Source of the DNA: Alkalispirochaeta sp. | GTDB taxonomy: Bacteria; Spirochaetota; Spirochaetia; DSM-27196; Alkalispirochaetaceae | DNA: 64,000 nt | Assembly (NCBI GenBank): GCA_965242725.1 | Contig: CBDESZ010000025.1 | Span: 1-64,000, forward strand | Direction of reading: 5' to 3' | Translations under genes and position numbers: made by a program | Notes under the pieces: generated by a model | What the model saw: only the letters and a program-made list of their open reading frames with translations | Told to the model about the DNA's origin: nothing | The model's database searches: none | Shown: piece by piece, positions 10,801 to 20,142 of the stretch | Layout of the letters: every line of letters begins with the position of its first letter | Numbering within the stretch: position 1 is the first letter of the stretch

Positions 10801-12666
10801 TCAATTACCCGATGGTAATTCCAACTTGAAACGGCCGTGCAACAGGCGCATGCCGTTGAGAATGACGACCATGACCGACGCTTCATGGATGAGCATGCCC
10901 CCCGCCATGTGAATGTTCCCGGTCAGGACGCCCGCGAGGAGTGCTCCGACGGTAACCAGGGCGATGACGACGTTTTGTCTGATGTTCCGGAGTGTCTTTC
11001 GGGCATGAACGATTGCGTCGGTCACCAGGCTGAGGTCGTCGCGCATGAGGGCGATATCCGCCGTCTCAATTGCCGCATCGGTACCTGCGGCGCCGACGGC
11101 GATGCCGACATCCGCCGTTGCCAGGGCAGGCGTATCGTTAATGCCGTCGCCGACCATCGCGGTGACGTAGCCCTCGGCCATCAGTTGCCGTATATGGTTC
11201 AGTTTCTCTTCGGGAAGCATCTCGGCGTATACCTCGTCAATGCCGATCTGCGATGCGACGATTTGGGCGGTCTCCCTGTTGTCTCCGGTGAGCATAACGA
11301 TTCGTTGCACGCCGTTGCGTTTCAACGCCGTAACGGCGGCAGCGGCGTCGGGCCGTACGGGATCGGCGATGACGATCGTGCCGAGGGCGTGCTCGCCCCG
11401 GGCGACAAGGACTTCCGTTCCCTTATGATCTGCCATACCCTTCGGCCATTGAATACCCCGATCGGCCATGAGTGCCGTGTTGCCCACCGCAATAAACTCG
11501 CCGCCAACCTCGGCAACGATCCCCCGTCCCGGTATGGCATCTACCGAATCCGGGCGTGGCGAGGTGTCATCGAGCCCGGCGTACCGGGTGATCGCCCCGG
11601 CAATGGGGTGTTCGGAGCCGCGCTCCGCGACGGCGGCCCAATAGAGGGGATCGCCGGAGTTGACGGGGTGAACTGCGGTGACTTCCGGCCGGCCCGTTGT
11701 CAACGTTCCGGTCTTGTCAAAGGCAACGGCGGTTACCATCCCACTGCGCTCCAGATGGGCGCCTCCTTTCATGAGAATGCCGCGCTTTGCCGCTCCCCCG
11801 ATTCCCGCGACGATGGAAACCGGCGTGGATATCACCAGTGCTCCGGGACAACCGATGACGAGCACGGTCAGGGCAAACGAAATATCCCTGGTCACGGCGA
11901 AGACGCCCAGGGAGAGAAGGATGATTGCCGGCGTGTATGTGCGGGAGAAGCGGTCCATAAACCGTTCGGTCGGCGCCTTCGCTTCCTGCGCTTCTTCAAC
12001 ACGCTGAATAATGCGGGCCAGGGTGGTATCTTCACCGACACGATGGGCGGTGATCGTCAACATGCCCGTCTGGTTGAAGGTTCCGGTAAACACCTGCGTA
12101 TCCCGTTCCTTCCGGACGGGATAGGATTCGCCGGTAATCGAACTTTCGTCCACACGGGACTGTCCGCCTGCCACAGTTCCGTCTACCGGGATTCGTTCCC
12201 CCGGTTTGACGATAACCGTCTCCCCGACGGCGACCTCGTCGGCTCCCACGATCTGCTCCAGACCGTCACGTATGACGGTAGCGCGCGCCGGGGCGAGACT
12301 GAGCAAATTGGATATAACCCGCCGGGTACGGGCCATCGTCCACCCTTCCAGAAAACCGCCCAGGTTGAACAGAAAGGTCACCGCCGCGGCCTCCCAGCGC
12401 TCTCCGATAAGCAGCGCGCCGACTGCGGCAATCGTAACGAGAACCTCAATACCGACGTGTCCCGTGCGGATCGATCCGTATGCGGCGATTGCGACGGGAA
12501 ACCCCGCCACAACCGCCGCCGCGGTCATCAATCCGTCGGCCAGGGATTGCGCGTCGACCCATTGGCCGACGACAAGGGAGGCGACGATGAGCGTTCCCGA
12601 GGCGACCACCGTTTCAATGCCGCGTCGCGTCACGATGAACACGATTTTTCGCAATAGTGCAGCCAT
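10801..12666 (-). CDS. Heavy-metal P1B-type ATPase (CPG / HEAS variant)
   Basis: TGES, IGCPGAL, DKTGT, SEHP, MLTGD, GDGINDTP, HEAS. Confidence 0.93.
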   Translation of the reverse strand: MAALLRKIVFIVTRRGIETVVASGTLIVASLVVGQWVDAQSLADGLMTAAAVVAGFPVAIAAYGSIRTGHVGIEVLVTIAAVGALLIGERWEAAAVTFLFNLGGFLEGWTMARTRRVISNLLSLAPARATVIRDGLEQIVGADEVAVGETVIVKPGERIPVDGTVAGGQSRVDESSITGESYPVRKERDTQVFTGTFNQTGMLTITAHRVGEDTTLARIIQRVEEAQEAKAPTERFMDRFSRTYTPAIILLSLGVFAVTRDISFALTVLVIGCPGALVISTPVSIVAGIGGAAKRGILMKGGAHLERSGMVTAVAFDKTGTLTTGRPEVTAVHPVNSGDPLYWAAVAERGSEHPIAGAITRYAGLDDTSPRPDSVDAIPGRGIVAEVGGEFIAVGNTALMADRGIQWPKGMADHKGTEVLVARGEHALGTIVIADPVRPDAAAAVTALKRNGVQRIVMLTGDNRETAQIVASQIGIDEVYAEMLPEEKLNHIRQLMAEGYVTAMVGDGINDTPALATADVGIAVGAAGTDAAIETADIALMRDDLSLVTDAIVHARKTLRNIRQNVVIALVTVGALLAGVLTGNIHMAGGMLIHEASVMVVILNGMRLLHGRFKLELPSGN

Positions 12667-12685
12667 GGAAATACCTCCGTCACCG

Positions 12686-12898
12686 TTACGCCGATGCGAT
12701 GCGCGATTCATAACCGGCCTGCCGGACCGCGTTCACCAGTTGTTCCCGGGCCGTCTGGTCGTCGTGATGTACTTCGATCTTGCCGGTCCGGAAATGGACC
12801 GTTGCGTCCTGCACTCCGGGAAGCGCGGTGAGGCGTTTCTCTATTTTGGCAATACAGGACGGACAGGAGAGTTGGTCGCTTCTCAATAAGGTTTTCAT
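12686..12898 (-). CDS. Heavy-metal-associated (CopZ-like) metallochaperone
   Basis: LSCPSC motif, 70 aa, ends AGY; GAGGAGG RBS. Confidence 0.9.
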   Translation of the reverse strand: MKTLLRSDQLSCPSCIAKIEKRLTALPGVQDATVHFRTGKIEVHHDDQTAREQLVNAVRQAGYESRIASA

Positions 12899-12956
12899 AA
12901 ATTCCTCCTCGGAAATGATCTTGACCCAACGATACGGGTCTTTCCCGAGGCGAACT

Positions 12957-12970
12957 ATGAGCTATGTCAA
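12957..12970 (-). promoter_or_regulatory. FNR-type box upstream of HMA-ATPase genes
   Basis: Minus strand TTGAC-ATAG-CTCAT (imperfect palindrome), with a TATCGT -10-like hexamer at 12929-12934 in class II spacing. Confidence 0.55.
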
Positions 12971-12983
12971 TTTACCGCAAATT

Positions 12984-13736
12984 TTACGAATAAACGGGGA
13001 CTTCATCCCGAAGGCCCTTCATGTCGCGAACGGCGATCCATTCGCGACCGCTATCCACGAGGCCCTTTCGGCGGAAATCACTGATAATTCTGCTGCACGT
13101 CTCGGTGGTGGTGCCCGCCATTGAGGCGAGTTGATCCCGCCTGAAGGATGCGCCGATGAGCGTCTTTCCCTCCCAGGGGTGTCCAAGTTTCTCCGCAAGC
13201 CGCAGGATGACGTAGGCAACCCGCGGTCGTGCCGGATATCCACCCAACTGGGTGACCATTTCCTGGGAGAGTCTCAGGCGTTGGGAGAGAAAATCGATCG
13301 TCGCCATGGCAACTGAAGGGTGTTCTTCAATGATCGAGCGAAACCGTGCCGTGTCGATCTGCAAAACGCAGACGGTGCTCCCGGCGATGACATTTTCGGT
13401 ATAGCGTTCCGGTCCGAAGCCCGCGACGGAACCGAAGGTCTCTCCCCGTGTCAGAACGTCAAGAACGACCGTCTCTCCGTCTGAAGTCGTCCGGGTTACC
13501 GTGGCGACTCCGACGGCGATGATATGGAACGTCCGGACCGTGTCACCTTCCCGGATAATCGTATCGTCCGTATTGTACCCGACGTCGCGAAATCGACGAT
13601 TTATCGCGGAGACGGCGGGCGGAGCCAGATCCCGGAAGAGGGGCAGGCGGGAGAGAAGGCGCTCCCGATAATCAACGGTACATGATGCGACGTCGATATG
13701 CGGCGGGGTAACCGGGGATGTTCTTCGTTCACTCAT
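12984..13736 (-). CDS. Crp/Fnr family transcriptional regulator
   Basis: cNMP-like domain (IIREGD, GETFG) and HTH LASMAGTTTETCSR. Confidence 0.9.
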   Translation of the reverse strand: MSERRTSPVTPPHIDVASCTVDYRERLLSRLPLFRDLAPPAVSAINRRFRDVGYNTDDTIIREGDTVRTFHIIAVGVATVTRTTSDGETVVLDVLTRGETFGSVAGFGPERYTENVIAGSTVCVLQIDTARFRSIIEEHPSVAMATIDFLSQRLRLSQEMVTQLGGYPARPRVAYVILRLAEKLGHPWEGKTLIGASFRRDQLASMAGTTTETCSRIISDFRRKGLVDSGREWIAVRDMKGLRDEVPVYS

Positions 13737-13833
13737 AACACACGTCCACATTCCGTCGCAGGAGGCGACGCAGTTGGTACTATAGGACACATTTCCTGTG
13801 ATTTCCATGGGTGAATGAGTGTACAATCCTGGT

Positions 13834-15135
13834 ATGAAAGGTGAGAAAAAGGACCTGCCCCCGCGATTTTACCGGACTACGTTCATGATCGGCCTCGGTT
13901 TTTTCACGATGGGGCTCATGGACCCTCTCTACGACAACTATGTACCCGTCTTTCTCGACGGATTTGTCGCGTCCCGGGCGCTCATCGGATCGCTCATGAC
14001 GATAGACAACATCATGGCCCTCATGCTCATACCCCTCGCCACGGCGTGGAGCGACAATACCCGTACACCCATCGGCAGGCGGATGCCCTTTGTGACGATT
14101 CTTCTTCCCCTGAGCGCCGTCACCTTTGCCCTGCTGCCCTACGCCGGTACGGCGACCCTGGGGTGGTTCATCGTCGCCGTCGTCGGTTTCAATCTTTTTA
14201 AGCAGTCCGCCAGGGGACCCGTGGTCGCCCTCATGCCCGATTCAATACCAAACGAATACCGCAGTGAGGCAAACGGCGTCATTAACATGATGGGCGGCAT
14301 CGCCGCGGTGGTGGGTACCGTCGTTCTCGCTCCGATGATGGACCTCCGGTTCGTCCTCCCCGTTATCGGAGACACCTCCCGGCGGCTGCCCTTCATCCTG
14401 GCGGGGCTTCTTATCATCATGGCGACCGTCTCATTGCGGCTCACCGTGAAGGAACGGCCCTTGCCGGATCGTCCGGAGACGCGAACACCCGTGCTGCGTT
14501 CGCTCAAGGCAATATTCACCCAGGAGGACAAGGCGGCGGTCTACATTCTCGTGGCGATTTTTCTCTGGTTTTCCTCCTATTGGGGCATGCGACCCTTCAT
14601 GACCCTCTACGTCATTGAATATCTGGGGCTGAGCGAAGGAATTGCGGGACTATCAACGGGAATGTTTGCCGTGGCGTACCTGCTCTTTGCCATTCCCAGC
14701 GGCATGCTGGCCCACCGCATCGGCCGCAAACGGACGATTCAAATATCCCTCATCGGGATGGCGGTGCTCGCCTTTCTCATGTTCAGCCATGAGGCGTGGA
14801 CCGTGCGGGTTGGGCTGTCCAAGGGGCTGGCGGTGGGCACCTTCTGGGCCCTTCTTTTTCTCTTCGGTATGTGCTGGGGCGCCGCAAACACCAACAGCTT
14901 TCCCATGCTGTGGAAGATGGCGACCCTTGACAACATGGGCGCCTACACCGGCGTCTATTACGTCTTCTCCCAGACCGCCGCAATCGTGACTCCACCGGTG
15001 ACGGGGCTGATCGTCGACGCCGTGGGGTTTCGGTCGATCTTTCTCTTTTCATCTGTCGTGATGGTGGCGTCCTTTCTTGTCATCACCCGTGTCCAGGGGG
15101 GAGAAACCGAGCGAAGCGAAAGGGAAGGGCGGTAG
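13834..15135 (+). CDS. MFS transporter (glycoside/maltose-like)
   Basis: About 12 TM segments; SDNTRTPIGRRMPF, ALMPD, RIGRKRTI. Confidence 0.85.
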   Translation: MKGEKKDLPPRFYRTTFMIGLGFFTMGLMDPLYDNYVPVFLDGFVASRALIGSLMTIDNIMALMLIPLATAWSDNTRTPIGRRMPFVTILLPLSAVTFALLPYAGTATLGWFIVAVVGFNLFKQSARGPVVALMPDSIPNEYRSEANGVINMMGGIAAVVGTVVLAPMMDLRFVLPVIGDTSRRLPFILAGLLIIMATVSLRLTVKERPLPDRPETRTPVLRSLKAIFTQEDKAAVYILVAIFLWFSSYWGMRPFMTLYVIEYLGLSEGIAGLSTGMFAVAYLLFAIPSGMLAHRIGRKRTIQISLIGMAVLAFLMFSHEAWTVRVGLSKGLAVGTFWALLFLFGMCWGAANTNSFPMLWKMATLDNMGAYTGVYYVFSQTAAIVTPPVTGLIVDAVGFRSIFLFSSVVMVASFLVITRVQGGETERSEREGR

Positions 15136-15223
15136 GCGTCCGACGCGACCGGGCCGACGCAACCGGACCGTCCCGACAAGGTCGCCTCGAGCCGACCGTC
15201 GCGACCTGCGACGCCAAACGTGT

Positions 15224-16171
15224 CTACACGACGGCGCTGAAGAGGGGGGCCCAGCCGGCGGAATGTTCTATCACTGAGAATCCCGCCCGGGAGAACATAT
15301 CCCGAACCCCGTCCGGGGTCAGGAGGAGAAGATTCATGGCGGTGCGACGCTCCTCTCCTTCTTCGACGGAGATGGATGCATCAAATCGTATGGACCGCTC
15401 CGACACCCGGGTGTACCGGCGCCGCATCGTCACCTTTGGAACGGTCGCATCCCGAACCGGCGCGTCCCCGAGCCTCGTCGGATCCGCGGCGCCCGCTGTG
15501 CCCGCGGCGCTTCCCGACAGCGTCGGCAGGTCCCGGAACGCACCGACGGCAAGATTGGAGACATCCACAAACCGGACGATGAGCACGCCGTTGTCGCGCA
15601 GGATATGTCGGACCGACGTAAACCATCGCGCCACCTCATCGTACGAGGCGAGGTGGGAAATGGTGTTTCCGACGGAAAAGACCACGTCGAATTGCCCGTA
15701 CCCCAGCGAGGCCGGGTGTTTCCTGCCGGGGGTGTCCCCGGCCGTCGCACCGCCTCTCACTCCTGTGGCGCCTCCGGCCGCCGGATTGCCGCCCCTGCCT
15801 CCCCCTCCAAAGAAGACGGGAAGGTTGCCGACGTCCCGCATATCGGCGACGGCGTATCGGTCGGCGCGGGAGGGATCGGCAGCGGCGGCGCGGGTGATCA
15901 TCTCCGGTGAGAGGTCGATCCCCCACGCCTCAAAGCCCATGGTCAACAGACGTCGGACGTAGCCGCCCGTTCCGCACCCGACGTCAAGCACGGAGCCGCC
16001 GGACGGCGTCGACGACGAAATTCGGGAAAGCGTGTCGTCGTCCACGCCGAAGAGCGCATCGTAGTGGTCCACAAAGGCGCGGTAGAAGGCGTTGGAGTCA
16101 CCGACGCCGCCCGCCCCGGAGGTGTGCCCGATCTCTTCACCGGCGGCGCCCCCAACCGGGCAATCGGTCAC
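15224..16171 (-). CDS. Class I SAM-dependent methyltransferase with Gly/Ala-rich insertions
   Basis: VLDVGCGTG, GIDLSPEM, ADMR, FDVV, GNTISHL; 4-bp overlap with upstream ATPase. Confidence 0.82.
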   Translation of the reverse strand: MTDCPVGGAAGEEIGHTSGAGGVGDSNAFYRAFVDHYDALFGVDDDTLSRISSSTPSGGSVLDVGCGTGGYVRRLLTMGFEAWGIDLSPEMITRAAAADPSRADRYAVADMRDVGNLPVFFGGGGRGGNPAAGGATGVRGGATAGDTPGRKHPASLGYGQFDVVFSVGNTISHLASYDEVARWFTSVRHILRDNGVLIVRFVDVSNLAVGAFRDLPTLSGSAAGTAGAADPTRLGDAPVRDATVPKVTMRRRYTRVSERSIRFDASISVEEGEERRTAMNLLLLTPDGVRDMFSRAGFSVIEHSAGWAPLFSAVV

Positions 16172-17034
16172 GACGGAACCCTTCCGTCGTCGACAAAGGA
16201 ATCAAGCGTATCACCTCGGCGGATTGCGGTGCGCAGCTCCTCCTGGAGGGTGTCCAGGGCGCGCAGCCTCGCCGCGAGCTCCTCTTCCGCTTCCGTCCGA
16301 TGGCGAACCTCGGCGATTCCACCGTTGGCGATGACGAGGCGCCGCGGGGCGGAAAGGGCAAGGGAGGGGTCGTGGGTTGCGATGAGGACGATCTTGTCCG
16401 CTCCCCGGAGCACCTCGATGGCGGCGTGGCGGTTTATGCCGGCGTTTTCAATTTCGTCAATAAGGACGATGGGCGAGCTGGAGAGGAGTGCCGTATCGGC
16501 GATCATCAGCGCCCGGGACTGGCCTCCCGAGAGTTCCGTGAGCTGCCGGTCCAGGGAGAGGGGCTCGCCGGTGAGACCGTTTGCGGCCTCCACAATCCGG
16601 GCCGCCCGCTCCGGCGTCACCGTCACGCCCCGGCTTTCGCCGTGGAGGGCGAGAAATTCTCCCACCGTCGCGTCCATGACAAAGTTCATGTTCTGCGACA
16701 ATTGCGCCACGAGGCGTCCCGTACCGGCGTAGCGCCCGGTCAGGTCCGGTTCCTCGCCGTTCACCAGGACCGAGCGTCCCGTCGGAGTGTCCTCCCGGGC
16801 GAGCCATTCAATGTCCGCCAGAAACCGGCTCTTCCCGCTGCCGGTGGCGCCGACGATGCAGACAACCTCGCCGGTGTGAAAGGTCAGCTCCTCGAATCGT
16901 TCCGACGCTCCCGTCTTGTCCGTGCCGGGTAAGACGGTTAAAGATCGAACTTCGTTCCGCGTCGATTCATCCTCTCCGAGCAGCGCCGCCAGCGCCTCGT
17001 CGGTGGTGGGGTTGGCCGTCATCATTTCATCCAT
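16168..17034 (-). CDS. ABC-type ATPase
   Basis: GATGSGKS, LSQN, LSGGQ, IVLIDEIE, THDP. Confidence 0.9.
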   Translation of the reverse strand: MDEMMTANPTTDEALAALLGEDESTRNEVRSLTVLPGTDKTGASERFEELTFHTGEVVCIVGATGSGKSRFLADIEWLAREDTPTGRSVLVNGEEPDLTGRYAGTGRLVAQLSQNMNFVMDATVGEFLALHGESRGVTVTPERAARIVEAANGLTGEPLSLDRQLTELSGGQSRALMIADTALLSSSPIVLIDEIENAGINRHAAIEVLRGADKIVLIATHDPSLALSAPRRLVIANGGIAEVRHRTEAEEELAARLRALDTLQEELRTAIRRGDTLDSFVDDGRVPS

Positions 17035-17731
17035 GATTTGTCTCCGTGAGATTGAGGGGAGTCACATTGCCGATTTGATGGGCCGCGCCGATGCGCTGCT
17101 CCCCGAGACAGTAGCTGCATACGGCGCTCGGCATGGGGTAGCGCAGGCGCGATCCGGTAACGGTAGCCTGCTCCGGCGCCTCGTCACGGAGAAGGCGGGC
17201 GAGCTCAAAGGCGCCCTGTCCGCTCAGGCCGTTCACCGGCAGAATGCGGGCACGGGGATTTGCCTGACGCACCCGGGCGGCAAAGACCTCCCGTTCCGCC
17301 TGACTGACGACATCTCCCTTGGTAATCACCACCACATCGGCGGTACGGAGCATGGGCCCTACCTTGCGGGGAGTGTTGATGCCGCTCAGATTATCGATTA
17401 CCGCCACCGCCATGACGTCCCTGATGTGGGGAGAGCAGCGGTTGCAGAGACCGGCGGACTCGGTGAAGAGGACGGGCACCTCCTCTTTCATACCCCAGGC
17501 GAAGGTCTCCTCAATGTTGCTGGCGAAGTAATGGTCCGGGCAGATCGATCCGGAGAGTCCCTTCTGTACCGGAATACCAAGCTTCGCATAGCGCTCATCG
17601 TCATCGGTAGTGAGACAGTCGAATTTCACGACCCCCGCTGCCACGTTCATCCGACGCAGCTCCACCACGGTCTTGAGAATGACCGCGGTTTTGCCGCAGG
17701 AGGGCGGCCCCGCAACGGTGATCAGCTTCAT
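17027..17731 (-). CDS. HypB/UreG/CobW-like Cys-rich GTPase
   Basis: GPPSCGKT, KFDC, ICPDH, ESAGLCNRC, TKGD, CSYC. Confidence 0.88.
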   Translation of the reverse strand: MKLITVAGPPSCGKTAVILKTVVELRRMNVAAGVVKFDCLTTDDDERYAKLGIPVQKGLSGSICPDHYFASNIEETFAWGMKEEVPVLFTESAGLCNRCSPHIRDVMAVAVIDNLSGINTPRKVGPMLRTADVVVITKGDVVSQAEREVFAARVRQANPRARILPVNGLSGQGAFELARLLRDEAPEQATVTGSRLRYPMPSAVCSYCLGEQRIGAAHQIGNVTPLNLTETNHG

Positions 17732-18999
17732 GAAGCCGCTTCCGTCGTCCGGGCCACAGGGGCGTGACGCTCCCGCAGAACCGTCTGGAACAGCGCCGTG
17801 GTTTCCTTCAACAGGCTCGGCAGCTCCGGAGAGAGTAGAAGATCCCAACCGGGCCACTGCAGAGGATGTTCCTCGGCGTCAAAATCGTCATTTTCCGGGT
17901 GGGTGCTGGGAAAGAGGCCGAGACGGCTCATGACGCGGCTCATCGGCAGTCCCGCGATCTCCCGGACCAGTGGATCGATTTCCGGGCGATTTCCCTGGGT
18001 TATCAGCAGGATAGGCGCTGCCAGGGCGCCGTCCTCGGGCCATATGGGAATGAGCGGGCTGTCCTCGGTGATCGTCCGGGTAAAGAAGTAGGGCATGACC
18101 GTAATTGCCGGCCCCTCCTGACCGCCCCCGGGGGTCGCCGTTTTTGCACCTGCCACCATCTGGGAGGGATGCATCTGCTGAAACATGTTGCGTCCCAGGC
18201 GGCGGATACCTTCATCGCCGAAGTTCTTGTGGACTCCCAGGAGGAGGGCATCAAAGAGATCGAAATCGCCGACGGGCAGGGCAAGGGAGTTTTCAAATTC
18301 CGGGGTGAGTATTTCCCGCCACGTCCGGGGAATCGGCCGCGACCCCAGGAGATTTCGGTTTACCATGAAGACCGCCGGTACGACGCCGATGACTGAAAAT
18401 CGGCCTTCCGGATCGGCCAGATCGTTGGACGTCCCGAACCCGTTGTGGCCCTTCCAGCCGGTGCGGTCGGAAAACACGTCGTTCCGGCGCAGGGAAAGGA
18501 ACCGGGGATCCGTGAAGAAGAGTCGGAATCCGGCGGAAAGGAAAATTTCCGGCACATCCGCCGGCGCGGGATCGGCGGGAATGTTCTCTTCCATCCAGTC
18601 GGTGCCGGTATAGGCTGCCTGGAGGTTATAGTCCACGGCGATGCCCGTCTCGGCGGTAAAATTTTCGGTAAACGCATCAAGGACGTTGGTCATGGGAACG
18701 CGAATGGGGCACGGCACGAGGCCCATCACCTTTATCGGCTTTCCCGCCCTTTTATCGGAAGAGGTCTCGCCCGCCGGGGCGTCGGATGGGTCGGAAAGGG
18801 CATCCTCCAGACGGGACAGAAGCTCCTCCGGGGCAAGTCCCCGGGCGTGGGCTGCCGCCTCTATCGTTATGGACGAGCCGAAGCGCTCCCGCAGCGCCGG
18901 ATCGGCCAGGCGACGGAATCCTGCATCGACGAGAATCTGTATCGTTTCGGGATATGATTCGGTCAGCTCATAGAGCGTCACATCTTTGTGTATGGTCAT
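17728..18999 (-). CDS. DUF1858-like N-domain plus substrate-binding-protein fold, no signal peptide
   Basis: TLYELTESYPETIQILVDAGF (DUF1858-like); CPIRVP; PRTWREI, WPEDGA (SBP-like). Confidence 0.75.
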   Translation of the reverse strand: MTIHKDVTLYELTESYPETIQILVDAGFRRLADPALRERFGSSITIEAAAHARGLAPEELLSRLEDALSDPSDAPAGETSSDKRAGKPIKVMGLVPCPIRVPMTNVLDAFTENFTAETGIAVDYNLQAAYTGTDWMEENIPADPAPADVPEIFLSAGFRLFFTDPRFLSLRRNDVFSDRTGWKGHNGFGTSNDLADPEGRFSVIGVVPAVFMVNRNLLGSRPIPRTWREILTPEFENSLALPVGDFDLFDALLLGVHKNFGDEGIRRLGRNMFQQMHPSQMVAGAKTATPGGGQEGPAITVMPYFFTRTITEDSPLIPIWPEDGALAAPILLITQGNRPEIDPLVREIAGLPMSRVMSRLGLFPSTHPENDDFDAEEHPLQWPGWDLLLSPELPSLLKETTALFQTVLRERHAPVARTTEAAS

Positions 19000-19033
19000 G
19001 ATCCAACAATAGCCCTGGCGGGATAGAAAGAAA

Positions 19034-19047
19034 TTGACCGAGGTCAA
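19034..19047. promoter_or_regulatory. Perfect FNR/Dnr-type palindrome
   Basis: TTGAC-CGAG-GTCAA, centred 41.5 bp upstream of the minus-strand ATG at 18999; TATTGT -10 at 19006-19011. Confidence 0.8.
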
Positions 19048-19160
19048 GTGGTGGAACGTTTCCCGTCGTCGGGTATGCATATTTCACCGATCCGGAATGG
19101 AGAACGCGACGATGTTTGATTCACTGGACGCTCCGTGAGGCGAGTGGTACCTTAATACCC

Positions 19161-19397
19161 ATGAACGTCGATATTGCACAGATGTACGTCGGCATGCAGC
19201 AGGCGGCGGCGCAGAATGAGGCGTCCATGGCGGTCCTCGCCAGGAGCCTGGATGTTGCCGAAACGCAGGGCGACCAGATGGTCAACATGCTTGTCAGTGC
19301 CGGGGCATCGGCGACCGTCGGGACGGACGCACAGGTAGCCCAGGGGCTGGCAATCACCGATCCCGCGCTGGGCGGCGCGATAGACTTTACGGTGTAA
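19161..19397 (+). CDS. YjfB family (putative motility) small protein
   Basis: MQQAAAQNEASMAVLARSLD...DPALGGAIDFTV pattern. Confidence 0.75.
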   Translation: MNVDIAQMYVGMQQAAAQNEASMAVLARSLDVAETQGDQMVNMLVSAGASATVGTDAQVAQGLAITDPALGGAIDFTV

Positions 19398-19506
19398 CCC
19401 GCCGCAGGCGGGCAGATACATACCGACCCTCCCGTTTCCCACCGCAGACATCGTCCGTTGACTCCGTTGAAATCGTCGTCATGTATGTGCAACGCTGCGT
19501 CCGGAG

Positions 19507-20142
19507 GTGAGATTGAACGATTTCTTTTCCGATCTGAGCCGGAAATCGGTACAGAAACTGGAGACGGCTGAAAGCACGCGTGTCGTCCCCGCCGATGGAA
19601 TTATTTTTCTGGAAGGCGAGGAGGGGACGGAGGTCTTCCGTCTCCTGTCCGGCTCGGTCAGACTCTTTCGGAGCACCCCCGACGGCCGGGAGGTGACGAT
19701 CCATCTCGTTGCACCGGGCGAACTCTTTGCCGAGATCGTCCTGTTTGAGCGGGACACCTATCCGGTAAGTGCCGTCGCCACGGAACAGTCGCGGCTGGCG
19801 GTGATAGCGCGACGCCGCATCCGGACCCTTCTTGATGACGCGGATTTCCGGGACGAGTTCATGAAAAACATAATCGGGAAAATGCGATTTCTCTCACAGC
19901 AGCTCTACGTACTTGCGACGATGGATGTCAGGCAGCGCCTTATCCGGTTTCTTGAGGTGCGGTATGGCCGCCGCCCCGTCATTGAAAGCGAGCTGAACAA
20001 ACAGGAAACGGCGGCGGCCATTTCGGTCCGCCCGGAAACACTGTCCCGTGCATTGGCGGGTCTCCAGACGGAGGGACTGCTGACGTGGAAGGGGCGGGAG
20101 ATTTCTGTAACTCCCGCGTTGTGGGCGGAAGGTGAGGCGTGA
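19507..20142 (+). CDS. Crp/Fnr family regulator (Dnr/HcpR-like, no Cys)
   Basis: IFLEGEE, GELFAE, YPVSA, RPETLSR recognition helix. Confidence 0.9.
   Translation: MRLNDFFSDLSRKSVQKLETAESTRVVPADGIIFLEGEEGTEVFRLLSGSVRLFRSTPDGREVTIHLVAPGELFAEIVLFERDTYPVSAVATEQSRLAVIARRRIRTLLDDADFRDEFMKNIIGKMRFLSQQLYVLATMDVRQRLIRFLEVRYGRRPVIESELNKQETAAAISVRPETLSRALAGLQTEGLLTWKGREISVTPALWAEGEA

Noticed and set aside
10837..12657. 606-aa + strand ORF, and similar long antisense ORFs (6497-7534, 19905-21377, 28445-29488, 34973-36418)
   Set aside because: Shadow frames opposite well-supported genes in GC-rich DNA; no motifs
15136..15223. CGAC-rich quasi-repeats between convergent genes
   Set aside because: Low-complexity GC-rich sequence without a regular period
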